A stretch of DNA of 57,926 nt, taken from NCBI GenBank assembly GCA_913063375.1, contig CAJXXR010000020.1:1-57926 (forward strand). The letters run 5' to 3'. The DNA is from an uncultured Flavobacteriales bacterium. GTDB taxonomy: Bacteria > Bacteroidota > Bacteroidia > Flavobacteriales > CAJXXR01. The position numbers and the translations under genes were made by a program. The notes below the pieces were generated by a model. That model saw only the letters and a list, made by a program, of their open reading frames with translations, did no database searches and was not told where the DNA came from. Positions 47,502 through 57,926 of the stretch are shown in pieces (the first letter of the stretch is position 1; each line of letters starts with the position of its first letter).

Positions 47502-49802
47502 TTAGTTAAATTTATAACCTATTCCTAAATTGATATTCCTTGGGTTTCCAGTGGTATAATTATCACCCCAATTCGTTGAACGTACCACATTTGCATATAG
47601 TTTATCTGTGACATTCAATATATTCATCCAAAACTCAAAGGACTTTAACTCGTACCCTAAACGCAAGTTAAAAACAGTATACCCTACATATTCCTTTTCA
47701 TTGGCCTGATCCGTAAAGTATGGACTAATATGTTGCATCTCCAAACTAGATCTAAAACCTTTCAATTTTGAAGGCTTATAACTAATAGCGGCATTTATTA
47801 TCCAATTCGGCGCACCGAACATATCCTTTCCAGCGTAATCCCTTTCATCAGACTCTTTATAATCTATAAATTCATGATGAGCATATAAGGCGCTTGTTCT
47901 AGCACTTAGGTCTTTATTAAACTTATAAGAATAAGCGGCTTCAATTCCCATATGCCTAGTTTCACCAGCATTTTTCTTCTCAGTGGAACCGTCGTTTTGC
48001 TGAACAGATATTATTTCATCTTGACCGTTCATAACAAATCCTGTTAACTCACCTTTACCTTTTTTATTTTGAGCAAACCATAAGCCTAGTTCATAACTAT
48101 CATAGATTGCAGGTTCAATAGTTGGCACCTTAACACCTCTATATAATTCCCCTATTTGTGGAGGAGCAAAACCACGACTGTAATTCCCGTAGAAACCAAA
48201 ATTATCCATTGGATTATACGTAAATCCTAAATTTGGAGTCAATTGACTATATACATCTCTACTATCTGGAGCACCTGAAAATGCGGTACTATCCAATGCA
48301 TTATCATAATCATAAACAAAATGATCATAGCGCATAGAAGTCGTCAGTATAAAATCTTTGAAAGGGCTTAATTTAAATTGCAAATAAGCAGCAGTATTGG
48401 TTAAGTCAGCAGTATATTTTGCCAATAAACTATCAACAGTTTCAAAGGATTCATAATTCCCATTATCATCCTTATTAATTCTAATATACTCAGCCTCGTA
48501 GGTATTTGGACTATAATCCAAACTCAAACCTGCTATTAATGAAGAATTTAACCAAGTATAATCTTGCTTATGTTGACCAACCAGCCCATAACTAACGAAA
48601 CTATTATCATTCACCTCACCATGTGCCAAATTTGGATTACCAGCTTGAATCCATGGTTTATAATCATCTTTTACGCGATAAGAAGGGTTTTGCTTAATTG
48701 AATTATCTCTATAATACCCCGTTAATGAAGTCTTCGATGACTTATTCCAAAATTGTTTCAATGCCAGTTTACTTCTAAAAGCTTGAACATCTCTATTTGT
48801 AAAAGTATGACTTGACTGATATTCACGGTCATAAAACTGTGTACTATCCAGACTCCCTTTCATATCTGCATAATAATCGATAATGGCGTTATCCATCACC
48901 AAGGCCGTTCTTTCACTTAATTTATACTTCAAGGATAAACTTAAAGCCAGTTTATCAAAGCCATTATGTTCTCCAGATTCTCTTTCCCTTTCTCCATAAT
49001 AACCAGCTAAGCGGATTCCCAACTTATTCAATGTATTGGAGGCATAAAAATCAGTTCTTTTATACCCTAGGTCATTCCCCTGAATGGACAACCCAGCAGT
49101 TGGTTTGATACTTGGCTGAAATGAAATGAAATTCACAGCTGCTCCAATCGCCTCACTTCCATACATACTAGAAGCAGGTCCACGAATCACTTCCACCTTT
49201 TTGACATTAGCCATGTTAATTTCCAGAAGTGCATTATGGTTGAATATCCCTGATGCTCTAATAGGAATTCCATCTTCCAAGTAAAGGTAGTTGGCACCAT
49301 AAGCAATAGGTTGCCTGATACTCATCGTATGTTGCTCATTTCCCAGATCAACCATAAAAACGCCCGGTGTCTGATTTAAAACCTGGTCAATTGAAGTAGG
49401 TTTATTTTCAGAGATCGTAGTCGCTGAAATAGTAGAAATTGCAATTGGAGTTTCTATTCTTTTTTCTTCTTCTTTATTTCCAGAAAGGATGATTTCATTT
49501 AAGGAGAAGTTTTCAGTATTTAATTTCACTTCTACTAGGGTACTCGCAACTATAATGGTTGATTGGTACCCCATTGAACTTATTTCTAAAGAATCTCTTT
49601 CTTGACTATTCGCTAAAATAAATTTACCAGAAAGATCTGTTATTGTAGTTTCATTATTCGTCAAGTTTTTGATAAAAGCAGAGGCTACAGGCTCATTTGT
49701 ACTGTAATCTGTAACATATCCTTCTACGTTATTTTGGGCATACAAGTTTGCTATACTGAATAGACTTATCAGCATGCAAAATAGATTTGATTTCTTCATC
49801 AT
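47502..49802 (-). CDS. TonB-dependent outer-membrane receptor with N-terminal carboxypeptidase-regulatory-like domain
   Basis: Signal peptide, CarbopepD_reg-like N-domain (GYVTDYSTNEPVASAFIK), plug region, beta-barrel ending GIGYKFN (C-terminal aromatic). Confidence 0.8.
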   Translation of the reverse strand: MMKKSNLFCMLISLFSIANLYAQNNVEGYVTDYSTNEPVASAFIKNLTNNETTITDLSGKFILANSQERDSLEISSMGYQSTIIVASTLVEVKLNTENFSLNEIILSGNKEEEKRIETPIAISTISATTISENKPTSIDQVLNQTPGVFMVDLGNEQHTMSIRQPIAYGANYLYLEDGIPIRASGIFNHNALLEINMANVKKVEVIRGPASSMYGSEAIGAAVNFISFQPSIKPTAGLSIQGNDLGYKRTDFYASNTLNKLGIRLAGYYGERERESGEHNGFDKLALSLSLKYKLSERTALVMDNAIIDYYADMKGSLDSTQFYDREYQSSHTFTNRDVQAFRSKLALKQFWNKSSKTSLTGYYRDNSIKQNPSYRVKDDYKPWIQAGNPNLAHGEVNDNSFVSYGLVGQHKQDYTWLNSSLIAGLSLDYSPNTYEAEYIRINKDDNGNYESFETVDSLLAKYTADLTNTAAYLQFKLSPFKDFILTTSMRYDHFVYDYDNALDSTAFSGAPDSRDVYSQLTPNLGFTYNPMDNFGFYGNYSRGFAPPQIGELYRGVKVPTIEPAIYDSYELGLWFAQNKKGKGELTGFVMNGQDEIISVQQNDGSTEKKNAGETRHMGIEAAYSYKFNKDLSARTSALYAHHEFIDYKESDERDYAGKDMFGAPNWIINAAISYKPSKLKGFRSSLEMQHISPYFTDQANEKEYVGYTVFNLRLGYELKSFEFWMNILNVTDKLYANVVRSTNWGDNYTTGNPRNINLGIGYKFN

Positions 49803-49995
49803 TATTCTCCTATTCTGTGGATATTACGAGACAGTCCAATAGCTATTGGATAATATCTCAATAAAATTTCTTTAAAAAATGGCTGTAGAATATCAGACAT
49901 AGACCAATTACTATATACGGCATTACAACCAATATAGTAGGTAGGAAAAAGTTCCTATCAAAACGTAATGATAGGGCTAGGATCTGATATGTTAA

Positions 49996-50379
49996 TTAAA
50001 CCAATTGAGGAGGGGGAGAATCTATAGAAGAAACCCAGGGGCTAAAGTTCTCAAAAAAGCCGTCGAACATCACTTTTTCTAATAATTCAGAATAGCCAAA
50101 GTTTAGGACGTCGTTTGCAATAGGTATATAATCCGATTTGATTCGGTTTAAAGAAAAAGAAGGTTTAGAGTCTTCTGTAGGAATTTCTTCATTAGCGATC
50201 TTACTCAACTCTTTATTCAAATAACAAGTACCATTACAATTTAACTCAGGTTGATCTCTATTTTCACAAAGAACTTCTGTGATATATTCATAGTTCGCCT
50301 GATAGTCCACTAAAACCCAAACAGGCTTAAAAATGGACATTTGGAATATAAAAAGTAATATGTAGGATAACGCCTTCAT
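49996..50379 (-). CDS. Hypothetical secreted protein (127 aa)
   Basis: Signal peptide MKALSYILLFIFQMSIF. Cys pairs. No family recognised. Confidence 0.4.
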   Translation of the reverse strand: MKALSYILLFIFQMSIFKPVWVLVDYQANYEYITEVLCENRDQPELNCNGTCYLNKELSKIANEEIPTEDSKPSFSLNRIKSDYIPIANDVLNFGYSELLEKVMFDGFFENFSPWVSSIDSPPPQLV

Positions 50380-50475
50380 CGTATATATGGCGTCAAAGGT
50401 ATAAAAGTATTCAGTAGTATTAACTAATATTTATCATGATAAATACCAACATTAAACATGAAATAAAAAGGTTAT

Positions 50476-51000
50476 TTAAATATATTTAGATATAACCTTC
50501 AATAAATCATCCACTTGACATGGCTTTGAAATAATTTCTTTCATTCCTGAAGTTAAAATATTCTCAACTATCTCATCATTTACATCTGCTGTAAGACAAA
50601 CTATCGGTGTTTCAATGGAGAACATTTTAATCATTTTAGCTGCTTGAATACCATTGATGTTTGGCATATTCAAATCCATTAAAATAATATCATACGCTGA
50701 ATGTTTAGCCATTTGAAAGGCTTCCTTTCCATCATTAGCAATATCTACCGATGCTCCATTTGATTCAAGCATCATAGTTATTAAACGCTGATTCATAAGA
50801 TAGTCTTCTGCCAATAATACACGAATGCCATCTATTCTATTTACACTAGAATTTTGCGAAGAAGAAGCATCAAGATAGTCTGATTGATTCAAATCTTCCT
50901 TCGTATTATTTGAGATTTCCTTCTCAGAAAATCCATTTGGCTCACTTCCTTCTTCATGCATAATAAAAAAATAATATAAACAGAGCGATATCTTAAACAT
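50476..51000 (-). CDS. Stand-alone response-regulator receiver (REC) domain protein
   Basis: CheY-like receiver (VLLAEDYLMNQRLI...ILMDLNMPNINGIQAAKMIK) with phospho-acceptor Asp in MDLNMP. Preceded by a ~55-aa low-complexity N-extension. The true start may be internal. Confidence 0.65.
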   Translation of the reverse strand: MFKISLCLYYFFIMHEEGSEPNGFSEKEISNNTKEDLNQSDYLDASSSQNSSVNRIDGIRVLLAEDYLMNQRLITMMLESNGASVDIANDGKEAFQMAKHSAYDIILMDLNMPNINGIQAAKMIKMFSIETPIVCLTADVNDEIVENILTSGMKEIISKPCQVDDLLKVISKYI

Positions 51001-51192
51001 AGCAATACTGCTACACTTATTTTCATATTGACTAATTTAACTTCCTTAACAATAATCATGCAAGGATTTCACTAACATCAATAACAACAGCTTTGTCTAC
51101 AAAAATAAACAGAAATCTTAAATTAAATAGAAATATACAAATAAAATTAATACATAGTAAAGGATGAATCGGTTCATTTTAAAAGTTGACAA

Positions 51193-53295
51193 CTAGTCTT
51201 GTCCAATAACAAAGGCTAAAGCCAATCTAATTTTGGTATAAGAATAAGCCATTTGTAAATCCTCAAAAATCACTTTCATTGCTTGCGGTTTTCCCAATCT
51301 AAAATAGGCATCAGCGATTATTTTCTTTTCATCAGATGAAATTAAATGCGCTACATCTACCTCCATTCCTTTTTGAATACCTGCAGCTAAATGTGAGATT
51401 ACTGTTACCTCTTTGATCGAACGAATCTGAGCAATTTCTTCCACCGATTTCCCTTCATTATACAGGCCACAACTATGTTTAAAGGAATCTCCTTTCCCTT
51501 TCAAATCTTTATAATAGGCTTGAATAACCTCAACAAAACCAGCTCCATACTTCTCCAATTTCACGTTACCAACACCTGAAATATTAGCAAGATCAGGAAG
51601 TGATGTAGGCATTGCTGTTTCCATATCTTTTAAGGTCGCATCACCAAATATCATATAGGCTGGAATTCCTTCTTTATTGGCATAAAACATTCTCTTAACC
51701 CTTAAGAGGTCAAATAATGTTTTCTTCTCCGGTTTACGCTGCTTTTTCTTAGCTACTTCTTTTTGTTCTTTTTCCTCGTAGGCAACCAGGTTAACATTTT
51801 TATTTTTGAACAGTACTTGTGCACCTAGATCACATACTTTTAGATTATTTCTATCCTTGTACTTGGGCTCAATAAGTCCCAATTGGATCATCTGTAATAG
51901 ATAATGTTGCCACTGATAGAAGGATAGATCTTTCCCCAATCCGAAGGTTGGAATTTCATGTAATCCCCTATCCATGACTTCTGAATTGTACGACCCTCTC
52001 AATACTTGAATCAATACATTCCCACCAATAGACTCTTTGGACCTTTTTAATGCAGATAGCGCCTTTTGACTTAGTAGCGTACCATCAAAGATCTTCGGAG
52101 GATTCTCACATACATCACAATTCCCACAATCTGATTCCGAAGATTCATTAAAATAATTCAAAAGAATTTTTCGACGGCAAATAGAGGCCTCAGCATAATC
52201 AAAAACCCTATTTAATTTGGAGTCTAATAATTCCTGTTGACTTGACTCCTGATTGATTTTCTTCCATAATAACAAATCAGAATATGAATATAAAAGTAAG
52301 GCCTCTGATGCTAAGCCATCCCTCCCTGCTCTACCTACTTCCTGGAAGTAATTTTCAATATTTTTCGGTAAATTATGATGTATAACCCAACGTACATTGG
52401 GTTTATCTATCCCCATTCCAAATGCAATGGTAGCACAGATTATTTTACATCTATCCGTTATGAAATCGTCTTGAATTTTGTCTTTTTTATCAAAGCTCAT
52501 TCCAGCGTGAAATGCTTCTGCATCAATTCCAGCACCTTGTAATTTATTGGCTAATCGCTCTGTTTCTTTTCTACTCAAGCAGTAAATAATTCCAGAACTA
52601 TCTGGGCGGTCATCGATAAATGCTTTTATACGTTTAAACTTCTGCTGCCCCGGCTCTACAGAAAAATGGATATTTGGTCTATCGAAGGAAGCTAAAAAGA
52701 CATTTTCCTTATTCGGGAAATGTAATTTTTCTAAAATATCATCACGAGTAATTTCATCTGCAGTTGCAGTCAATGCAATTATTGGCAATTCTGGCTTATG
52801 CTTTTTTATCTTCCCAATACTAGCGTATTCTGGTCTAAAATCATGTCCCCAAACAGAAATACAGTGTGCCTCATCAATGGCCAATAAATTAATAGTACCG
52901 TTGAAAATAAGGTCATGAATATCAGATTGTATAAATCGCTCTGGTGACATATACAATAGGTCATACTTGCCAGCCATTGCATTGGATAAAATCAATTGCT
53001 GTTCTCCAAAATCCAAACTCCCGTGAATGAACTCTGCTGCTACACCACAAGCTTTTAAACTACCTACTTGATCCTTCATTAAGGAAATTAAGGGAGACAC
53101 TACAATACACATCCCCTCTTGAACAATTGCAGGAATTTGAAAACACATAGATTTCCCACCACCAGTAGGCATTAACACAAGTGAGTCCTCCCCTCTTAAA
53201 ACATGCTCTATTATTTCCTTTTGTAGCGGTCTAAAATCTGCATATCCAAACACATCCTTCAACACCTTCCTACAATCTGTCATCCATTTTTCCAT
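51193..53295 (-). CDS. recQ: ATP-dependent DNA helicase RecQ
   Basis: 700 aa. Helicase motifs (LVLMPTGGGKS, DEAHCISVWGHDFRPEY), the RecQ zinc-binding/RQC region and a C-terminal HRDC. Confidence 0.9.
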   Translation of the reverse strand: MEKWMTDCRKVLKDVFGYADFRPLQKEIIEHVLRGEDSLVLMPTGGGKSMCFQIPAIVQEGMCIVVSPLISLMKDQVGSLKACGVAAEFIHGSLDFGEQQLILSNAMAGKYDLLYMSPERFIQSDIHDLIFNGTINLLAIDEAHCISVWGHDFRPEYASIGKIKKHKPELPIIALTATADEITRDDILEKLHFPNKENVFLASFDRPNIHFSVEPGQQKFKRIKAFIDDRPDSSGIIYCLSRKETERLANKLQGAGIDAEAFHAGMSFDKKDKIQDDFITDRCKIICATIAFGMGIDKPNVRWVIHHNLPKNIENYFQEVGRAGRDGLASEALLLYSYSDLLLWKKINQESSQQELLDSKLNRVFDYAEASICRRKILLNYFNESSESDCGNCDVCENPPKIFDGTLLSQKALSALKRSKESIGGNVLIQVLRGSYNSEVMDRGLHEIPTFGLGKDLSFYQWQHYLLQMIQLGLIEPKYKDRNNLKVCDLGAQVLFKNKNVNLVAYEEKEQKEVAKKKQRKPEKKTLFDLLRVKRMFYANKEGIPAYMIFGDATLKDMETAMPTSLPDLANISGVGNVKLEKYGAGFVEVIQAYYKDLKGKGDSFKHSCGLYNEGKSVEEIAQIRSIKEVTVISHLAAGIQKGMEVDVAHLISSDEKKIIADAYFRLGKPQAMKVIFEDLQMAYSYTKIRLALAFVIGQD

Positions 53296-53453
53296 ACTGC
53301 GAATATATTTATTCTATTAAAATTCAATCTTCTATTTCATTCAAAATATTTCACTTTTTTCACCAACCTATTCTCTTTAAAATAAAAAAATCCATGAAAG
53401 CTGTTTTAAAATTTAGCTTACATGGATTTATCGAACGTTAAATTGTAAATATT

Positions 53454-54113
53454 CTAGTACCGGTCGGTAATATTTCCATCCTCCATATAGAGTAATCTAT
53501 CTCCATATTTCGCCAACTCTTCGTTGTGTGTAACGATTACAAAAGTTTGATTATACTCATCACGAAGCATCAAAAATAATTCATGCAATTCTCTCGCATT
53601 TTTAGAATCCAAATTACCCGAAGGTTCATCGGCCAAAATCACCTTTGGCTTATTCATCAATGCTCTAGCAATTGCAACTCTTTGTTGCTCTCCTCCACTT
53701 AATTCATTCGGTTTATGATTGAGTCTATTTCCTAAACCCATTTTTTTCAAAAGGCCCGTAGCCCTTTCCTCTGAAGCGCCCTTATTGTTCGTGGCTATAT
53801 AACCTGGCATAGCCACATTTTCCATGGCTGTAAATTCCGGTAATAAGTGATGGAACTGGAAAATAAAACCAATATTTTTATTTCTAAACTTAGCCAGGTC
53901 CTTTTTTGATAAATTTGTCACCTCCACACCATCAAACAAAACAGAACCACTATCAGGAATATCCAATGTCCCCATCATTTGAAGTAAGGTTGACTTTCCT
54001 GCCCCGGAAGCTCCCATTATGCTAGTAATGCTACCCGACTCTATGGTCAAATCAACTCCTTTAATTACTTCTAGGTCATTAAAGGATTTATGGATATTAT
54101 TTAATTGTATCAT
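53454..54113 (-). CDS. ABC transporter ATP-binding protein, LolD/MacB-type
   Basis: Walker [10 protein letters not shown], signature [15 protein letters not shown], Walker [13 protein letters not shown]. 219 aa. Confidence 0.85.
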   Translation of the reverse strand: MIQLNNIHKSFNDLEVIKGVDLTIESGSITSIMGASGAGKSTLLQMMGTLDIPDSGSVLFDGVEVTNLSKKDLAKFRNKNIGFIFQFHHLLPEFTAMENVAMPGYIATNNKGASEERATGLLKKMGLGNRLNHKPNELSGGEQQRVAIARALMNKPKVILADEPSGNLDSKNARELHELFLMLRDEYNQTFVIVTHNEELAKYGDRLLYMEDGNITDRY

Positions 54114-54115
54114 AA

Positions 54116-56638
54116 CTAAATAAAGGTATTTTTAATTTTTTTGTAATCTAAGAAATATAGCACTTTCAAAGAAACTAAATTATTCAGATCCGACTTCAAG
54201 ACTTCTCGTGTACTTTCTAGGTAATTATTTTCAGAATGATCAAAGCTATCCAAATAAGAAGTTCTCAACAATAAACTCATTTCACTTCCAGGTGCAAATC
54301 TCCAAACACATCCAAGGTCAGCATTTAGACTATTAAACACTAAATCGTGTTTTTGACGCCCCTCTTCATCCAAACCATCATAAGCTGTATCCTCCAAATA
54401 TCCCTTCTTCAATTGATGGAAAGAAGTATTCCTTAAATCCCTCCAATAATGCCTCATTCGAACACTGAAAGATAATTTAGAGTTTAAATGGTATTGAGCA
54501 GTCAATTCATGCACGAATGTTTTCAATTCCCTTTTGGCGAAAATTATTTCAGCCATATCGTCCGAAAAACTTTTACTCGTTTCTCCATCACTATCCAAGA
54601 AGGTTGTCCAACCTACGTGATTTCTATCAAAGTTGTGTCGTGCTTCCAATATAAAGGATAAATTATTACTTACGCGTATTCTTGGAGCCAACTTATACCC
54701 CACACTTTGATGTCCGTGATCAGATCTATTGTACACACTAACATTAGCATCTACAGCAATTTTTTTTCTGTAATCTGGAGATACCCAATATTGAATATAT
54801 TGAGAAGCTCCCGTTATAAATTTATGATCAAAACCACCGGTTCTAGATTCGTAATAATTATTTTTTTCTATAAATCGTAAACTAGCATTTACACCATGAC
54901 TTAGAAATTTATGAGTCGTTTCATTGGCTGATAAATTCACATCCCAACTCACAAATAAATTCGGGGCATATATATATTTTAGATGCATTTTAGCTTCAAC
55001 CTCCCCATTGACTCTTTTCTTATTGGCTGTTAATTCTTTTAATTTCACAGCAGCATTCACATTGTACTTATTATTTACATCTATATAACCCAAATCATTG
55101 ATGTCAAATTTGTCTGAGGTGATTTCCTCCCAAAAACTATAATTTAATTTTCCCGCAATTTTTTCAAATTGAAAACCTGTATTGAACCCAGTTTTATCCC
55201 CTTGTTCATCAAAAATATGTGATTGCTTCCAGGCTCCAGAAATTTGATATTTGTCCTTATTTAGAAATAATTTTCCTAATAGCGCATAGGTATAGGCATC
55301 CCTTGAAGATCCTTCTCTACCAACATAGGTATTTACCATAGCGATACTAGATCCATCCCTAAAAGCCTTATCTACTACAAAAACAGAGTAATTTGTAAGC
55401 GGATTTAATATAACCTCCCGTTTCGCACCAGATAATGTATCCAATACCATTGCCGTATTTTCTAGAGAAATTGCATTAAAGAACCCTGTCCCTAAACCGT
55501 TGTCAGACCTTCCTGAAAGTTTAAAGGCATTAAATAATTTTGGTTGCTTTATTTCTGATTCTACTTCTTCATCCATCCGCAATTGATCATCAATAGCATT
55601 CGCATTACCATTGGCAATTCTACGTGAATAGAATAAATCACCTTTGTTGAACAACTCTGTACCCTCTGTAAAAAAGTCTCTATTTTCATTTAGCCTGACT
55701 TCAAAAGGAGATATATTGTGTACTTCATTCACAAAATCGGATTGACCGAAATCTGGTACTAAAGTCATATCCATAGTATAACTATTTGAAAGACCATATT
55801 TCAAATCCATTCCCCCCACCGCATTCGGATTCGAAGAAGAATTTTCATCGTGAGAAATGGTTAGGTAAGGGAAAAGTGATAATCTAACAGGCGTCTTCAA
55901 GCCCTGAATTCCTTTTAAAATACCTGTTTGCTGGTCTTCATTTCCCAAAGAAGCATCCATAAACTGCCATGAACTAGTTTCCCGTGTTCTTCGTTTATGA
56001 CGAACAATATTCAAGCCCCAAGACTGCACATCTGAATCGGGAAAACGAAGAGAAGAAAAAGGAATCTCAATTTCAGCAACCCAACCCTTATCGGTTATTT
56101 TAACTTTTGAATCCCAGATTGCATTCCAGCTGGCATCGCCATTTTTTTGATCAATTTGTATATTCCCTGCGGAGAGGTTAAACGCAAATTTATTTTGAGC
56201 ATCATCGTACGGGAAAATTCTAATTTCAATCCAATCAGTATTCTTTCCAAATTCATCTCGGAAGCCCAATTCTTTTAAAATAGAATCGGGTTTTGAATCT
56301 TTCATAAATAAAGCAAAGTACACTGAATTATCTGTGTATGACACCTTTACTTCTGTCTGATATTCATCGGCAACCTTAGCACCATTATTAGGAGATTGTT
56401 CCACAAATCCAGTAGCACCTTTTTTAGTACTCCATGTAGTTTCATTTAAGAAACCATCCACTTTGATATTTCCTTCAACCCTAGTGGCCGAAAGTTGTTT
56501 TCTACTTTGAGCAAAGGCAGTTGAAAAACAACTCAAAACAAGTATAATAATCCAATTTTTCACTAAAATCACAGCTTTTAAATTCGATTTCAAAAATATC
56601 CAATAATTCCTATTGAACCTATAAATCTTTACAATCAA
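54116..56638 (-). CDS. Large secreted/outer-membrane protein (840 aa), DUF5916-like with putative N-terminal carbohydrate-binding domain
   Basis: Signal-anchor sequence. N-terminal region ([18 protein letters not shown]...) resembles CBM9-like modules. The rest has an amphipathic beta-strand pattern suggestive of an outer-membrane barrel. Stops 2 nt before the ABC ATPase start. The true start is probably an internal Met. Confidence 0.45.
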   Translation of the reverse strand: MIVKIYRFNRNYWIFLKSNLKAVILVKNWIIILVLSCFSTAFAQSRKQLSATRVEGNIKVDGFLNETTWSTKKGATGFVEQSPNNGAKVADEYQTEVKVSYTDNSVYFALFMKDSKPDSILKELGFRDEFGKNTDWIEIRIFPYDDAQNKFAFNLSAGNIQIDQKNGDASWNAIWDSKVKITDKGWVAEIEIPFSSLRFPDSDVQSWGLNIVRHKRRTRETSSWQFMDASLGNEDQQTGILKGIQGLKTPVRLSLFPYLTISHDENSSSNPNAVGGMDLKYGLSNSYTMDMTLVPDFGQSDFVNEVHNISPFEVRLNENRDFFTEGTELFNKGDLFYSRRIANGNANAIDDQLRMDEEVESEIKQPKLFNAFKLSGRSDNGLGTGFFNAISLENTAMVLDTLSGAKREVILNPLTNYSVFVVDKAFRDGSSIAMVNTYVGREGSSRDAYTYALLGKLFLNKDKYQISGAWKQSHIFDEQGDKTGFNTGFQFEKIAGKLNYSFWEEITSDKFDINDLGYIDVNNKYNVNAAVKLKELTANKKRVNGEVEAKMHLKYIYAPNLFVSWDVNLSANETTHKFLSHGVNASLRFIEKNNYYESRTGGFDHKFITGASQYIQYWVSPDYRKKIAVDANVSVYNRSDHGHQSVGYKLAPRIRVSNNLSFILEARHNFDRNHVGWTTFLDSDGETSKSFSDDMAEIIFAKRELKTFVHELTAQYHLNSKLSFSVRMRHYWRDLRNTSFHQLKKGYLEDTAYDGLDEEGRQKHDLVFNSLNADLGCVWRFAPGSEMSLLLRTSYLDSFDHSENNYLESTREVLKSDLNNLVSLKVLYFLDYKKIKNTFI

Positions 56639-56757
56639 ATAGAATTTATTCTAAAAGAATTTAGTCACTTAAAAAGTGTCCTTATAATTTTGGGTTTTTA
56701 TCCTCCGAGAACTGAATAATTATGCAATAATATTTTTTCTAATTCATTACAATAGTC

Positions 56758-56765
56758 TATTTTTG
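56758..56765 (+). promoter_or_regulatory. Candidate Bacteroidetes -7 element (TATTTTTG) upstream of sucC
   Basis: TAnnTTTG match 29 nt upstream of the sucC ATG. Confidence 0.25.
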
Positions 56766-56793
56766 CCATGCTTACATAAATCTTAAGACAAAG

Positions 56794-57926
56794 ATGAATT
56801 TACACGAATATCAAGGAAAAGAAATATTAGCTAGCTTCGGTGTTGGAATACAAAGAGGTATAGTTGCTACAACTCCTGAAGAGGCTGTAGAAGCTGCAAA
56901 AAAACTTACTGAAGAAACGGGAACTGGATGGCATGTGCTTAAAGCACAGGTTCATGCTGGTGGACGTGGAAAAGGTGGTGGTGTAAAATTAGCCAAAAGC
57001 CTTGATGAAGTTAAAGAAATTGCATCGAACATTATCGGTATGCAATTGGTAACTCCTCAAACTTCTGCAGAAGGAAAGAAAGTACACCAAATTTTGGTTT
57101 GTGAAGATGTATACTATCCAGGTGAAAGTGAAACTTCTGAAATATACATGTCTGTTTTATTGAACCGTCAAACTGGTAGAAACATGATTATGTATTCTAC
57201 AGAAGGTGGTATGGACATTGAAGCTGTTGCTGAAGCGACTCCAGAAAGAATCTTTACTGAAGAAATCGACCCAAGTTTAGGTCTTCAAGGTTTTCAAGCG
57301 CGTAAAGTTGCCTTTAACCTAGGATTATCTGGTGCTGCATTCAAAGCAATGACGAAATTCGTTACTTCTTTGTACAAGGCTTATGAAGGATCTGATGCTT
57401 CTCTTTTCGAAATCAACCCTGTATTAAAAACTTCTGATGATAAAATCATCGCTGTTGATGCAAAGGTGACTATCGATGATAACGCAATGTACCGTCATAA
57501 AGATTATGTTGCATTAAGAGATACTCGTGAAGAAGATGCAATAGAAGTTGAAGCAGGTGAATACGGATTAAATTTCGTAAACCTTGATGGAAACGTTGGT
57601 TGTATGGTAAACGGAGCAGGACTTGCAATGGCTACTATGGATATCATCAAATTATCTGGTGGTAACCCAGCGAACTTCCTAGATGTAGGTGGTACTGCAG
57701 ATGCTAAACGTGTTGAGCAAGCTTTCAGAATTATCTTAAAAGATGAAAATGTTAAAGCTATCTTGGTAAACATTTTTGGTGGTATCGTAAGATGTGACCG
57801 TGTTGCTCAAGGTGTTGTTGACGCTTGCAAAAACATCGATGGATTAAATATCCCAATTATCGTTAGACTTCAAGGTACAAATGCTGAAGAAGCTAAATTG
57901 ATTATTGATGAAAGTGGACTTGAAGT
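56794..57926 (+). CDS. sucC: Succinyl-CoA synthetase beta subunit (5' portion, continues past the window end)
   Basis: MNLHEYQGKEILASFGVGIQRGIV...VLKAQVHAGGRGKGGGVKLA is the ATP-grasp N-domain of SucC. The open frame has no stop to the end of the window, so it is not in the ORF track. Confidence 0.9.
   Translation, partial: MNLHEYQGKEILASFGVGIQRGIVATTPEEAVEAAKKLTEETGTGWHVLKAQVHAGGRGKGGGVKLAKSLDEVKEIASNIIGMQLVTPQTSAEGKKVHQILVCEDVYYPGESETSEIYMSVLLNRQTGRNMIMYSTEGGMDIEAVAEATPERIFTEEIDPSLGLQGFQARKVAFNLGLSGAAFKAMTKFVTSLYKAYEGSDASLFEINPVLKTSDDKIIAVDAKVTIDDNAMYRHKDYVALRDTREEDAIEVEAGEYGLNFVNLDGNVGCMVNGAGLAMATMDIIKLSGGNPANFLDVGGTADAKRVEQAFRIILKDENVKAILVNIFGGIVRCDRVAQGVVDACKNIDGLNIPIIVRLQGTNAEEAKLIIDESGLE

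Noticed and set aside
57504-57773. 89-aa minus-strand ORF
   Set aside because: Antisense to sucC, whose plus-strand frame is open through the window end with a textbook SucC N-terminus.

Overview
This is a low-GC chromosomal segment that looks Bacteroidetes/Flavobacteriia-like. The reasons are T9SS-type C-terminal sorting domains, TonB-dependent receptors, TAnnTTTG-type promoter motifs and no Shine-Dalgarno sequences. The core of the window is housekeeping: purL, pruA (P5C dehydrogenase), uvrA, recQ and sucC (which runs off the 3' edge). There is also a partial tRNA-Ser(UGA) at the 5' edge. Other genes encode YchJ, YceI, ApaG, a nitroreductase, a sterol-desaturase-family enzyme, a BNR protein, a TonB-dependent receptor and a LolD-like ABC ATPase. 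Between these sits a more unusual central block (about 18.0-37.5 kb) built around two PspA/IM30 (ESCRT-III-like) paralogues. PspA-1 heads an apparent operon PspA-NfeD-like-flotillin followed by a 1627-aa orphan protein with a MoxR/AAA_5-type ATPase domain. PspA-2 lies beside a polyamine and membrane cluster containing S-adenosylmethionine decarboxylase, a voltage-gated K+ channel translationally coupled to it, a DUF1190-like lipoprotein, a tandem DUF350 membrane protein and a membrane-anchored spermidine-synthase-like enzyme. That layout resembles E. coli yjfIJKLMC. A second membrane-anchored aminopropyltransferase paralogue converges on the first with back-to-back stop codons. It is co-oriented with a His-rich polytopic membrane protein and a Tat-signal FAD amine-oxidase-like lipoprotein. 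A roughly 3-kb tandem segmental duplication (8.16-14.16 kb) carries two intact T9SS cargo paralogues. In its second copy the uracil-DNA-glycosylase-like gene and a membrane-protein gene have decayed to pseudogenes. No CRISPR array, rRNA or obvious mobile element was seen.
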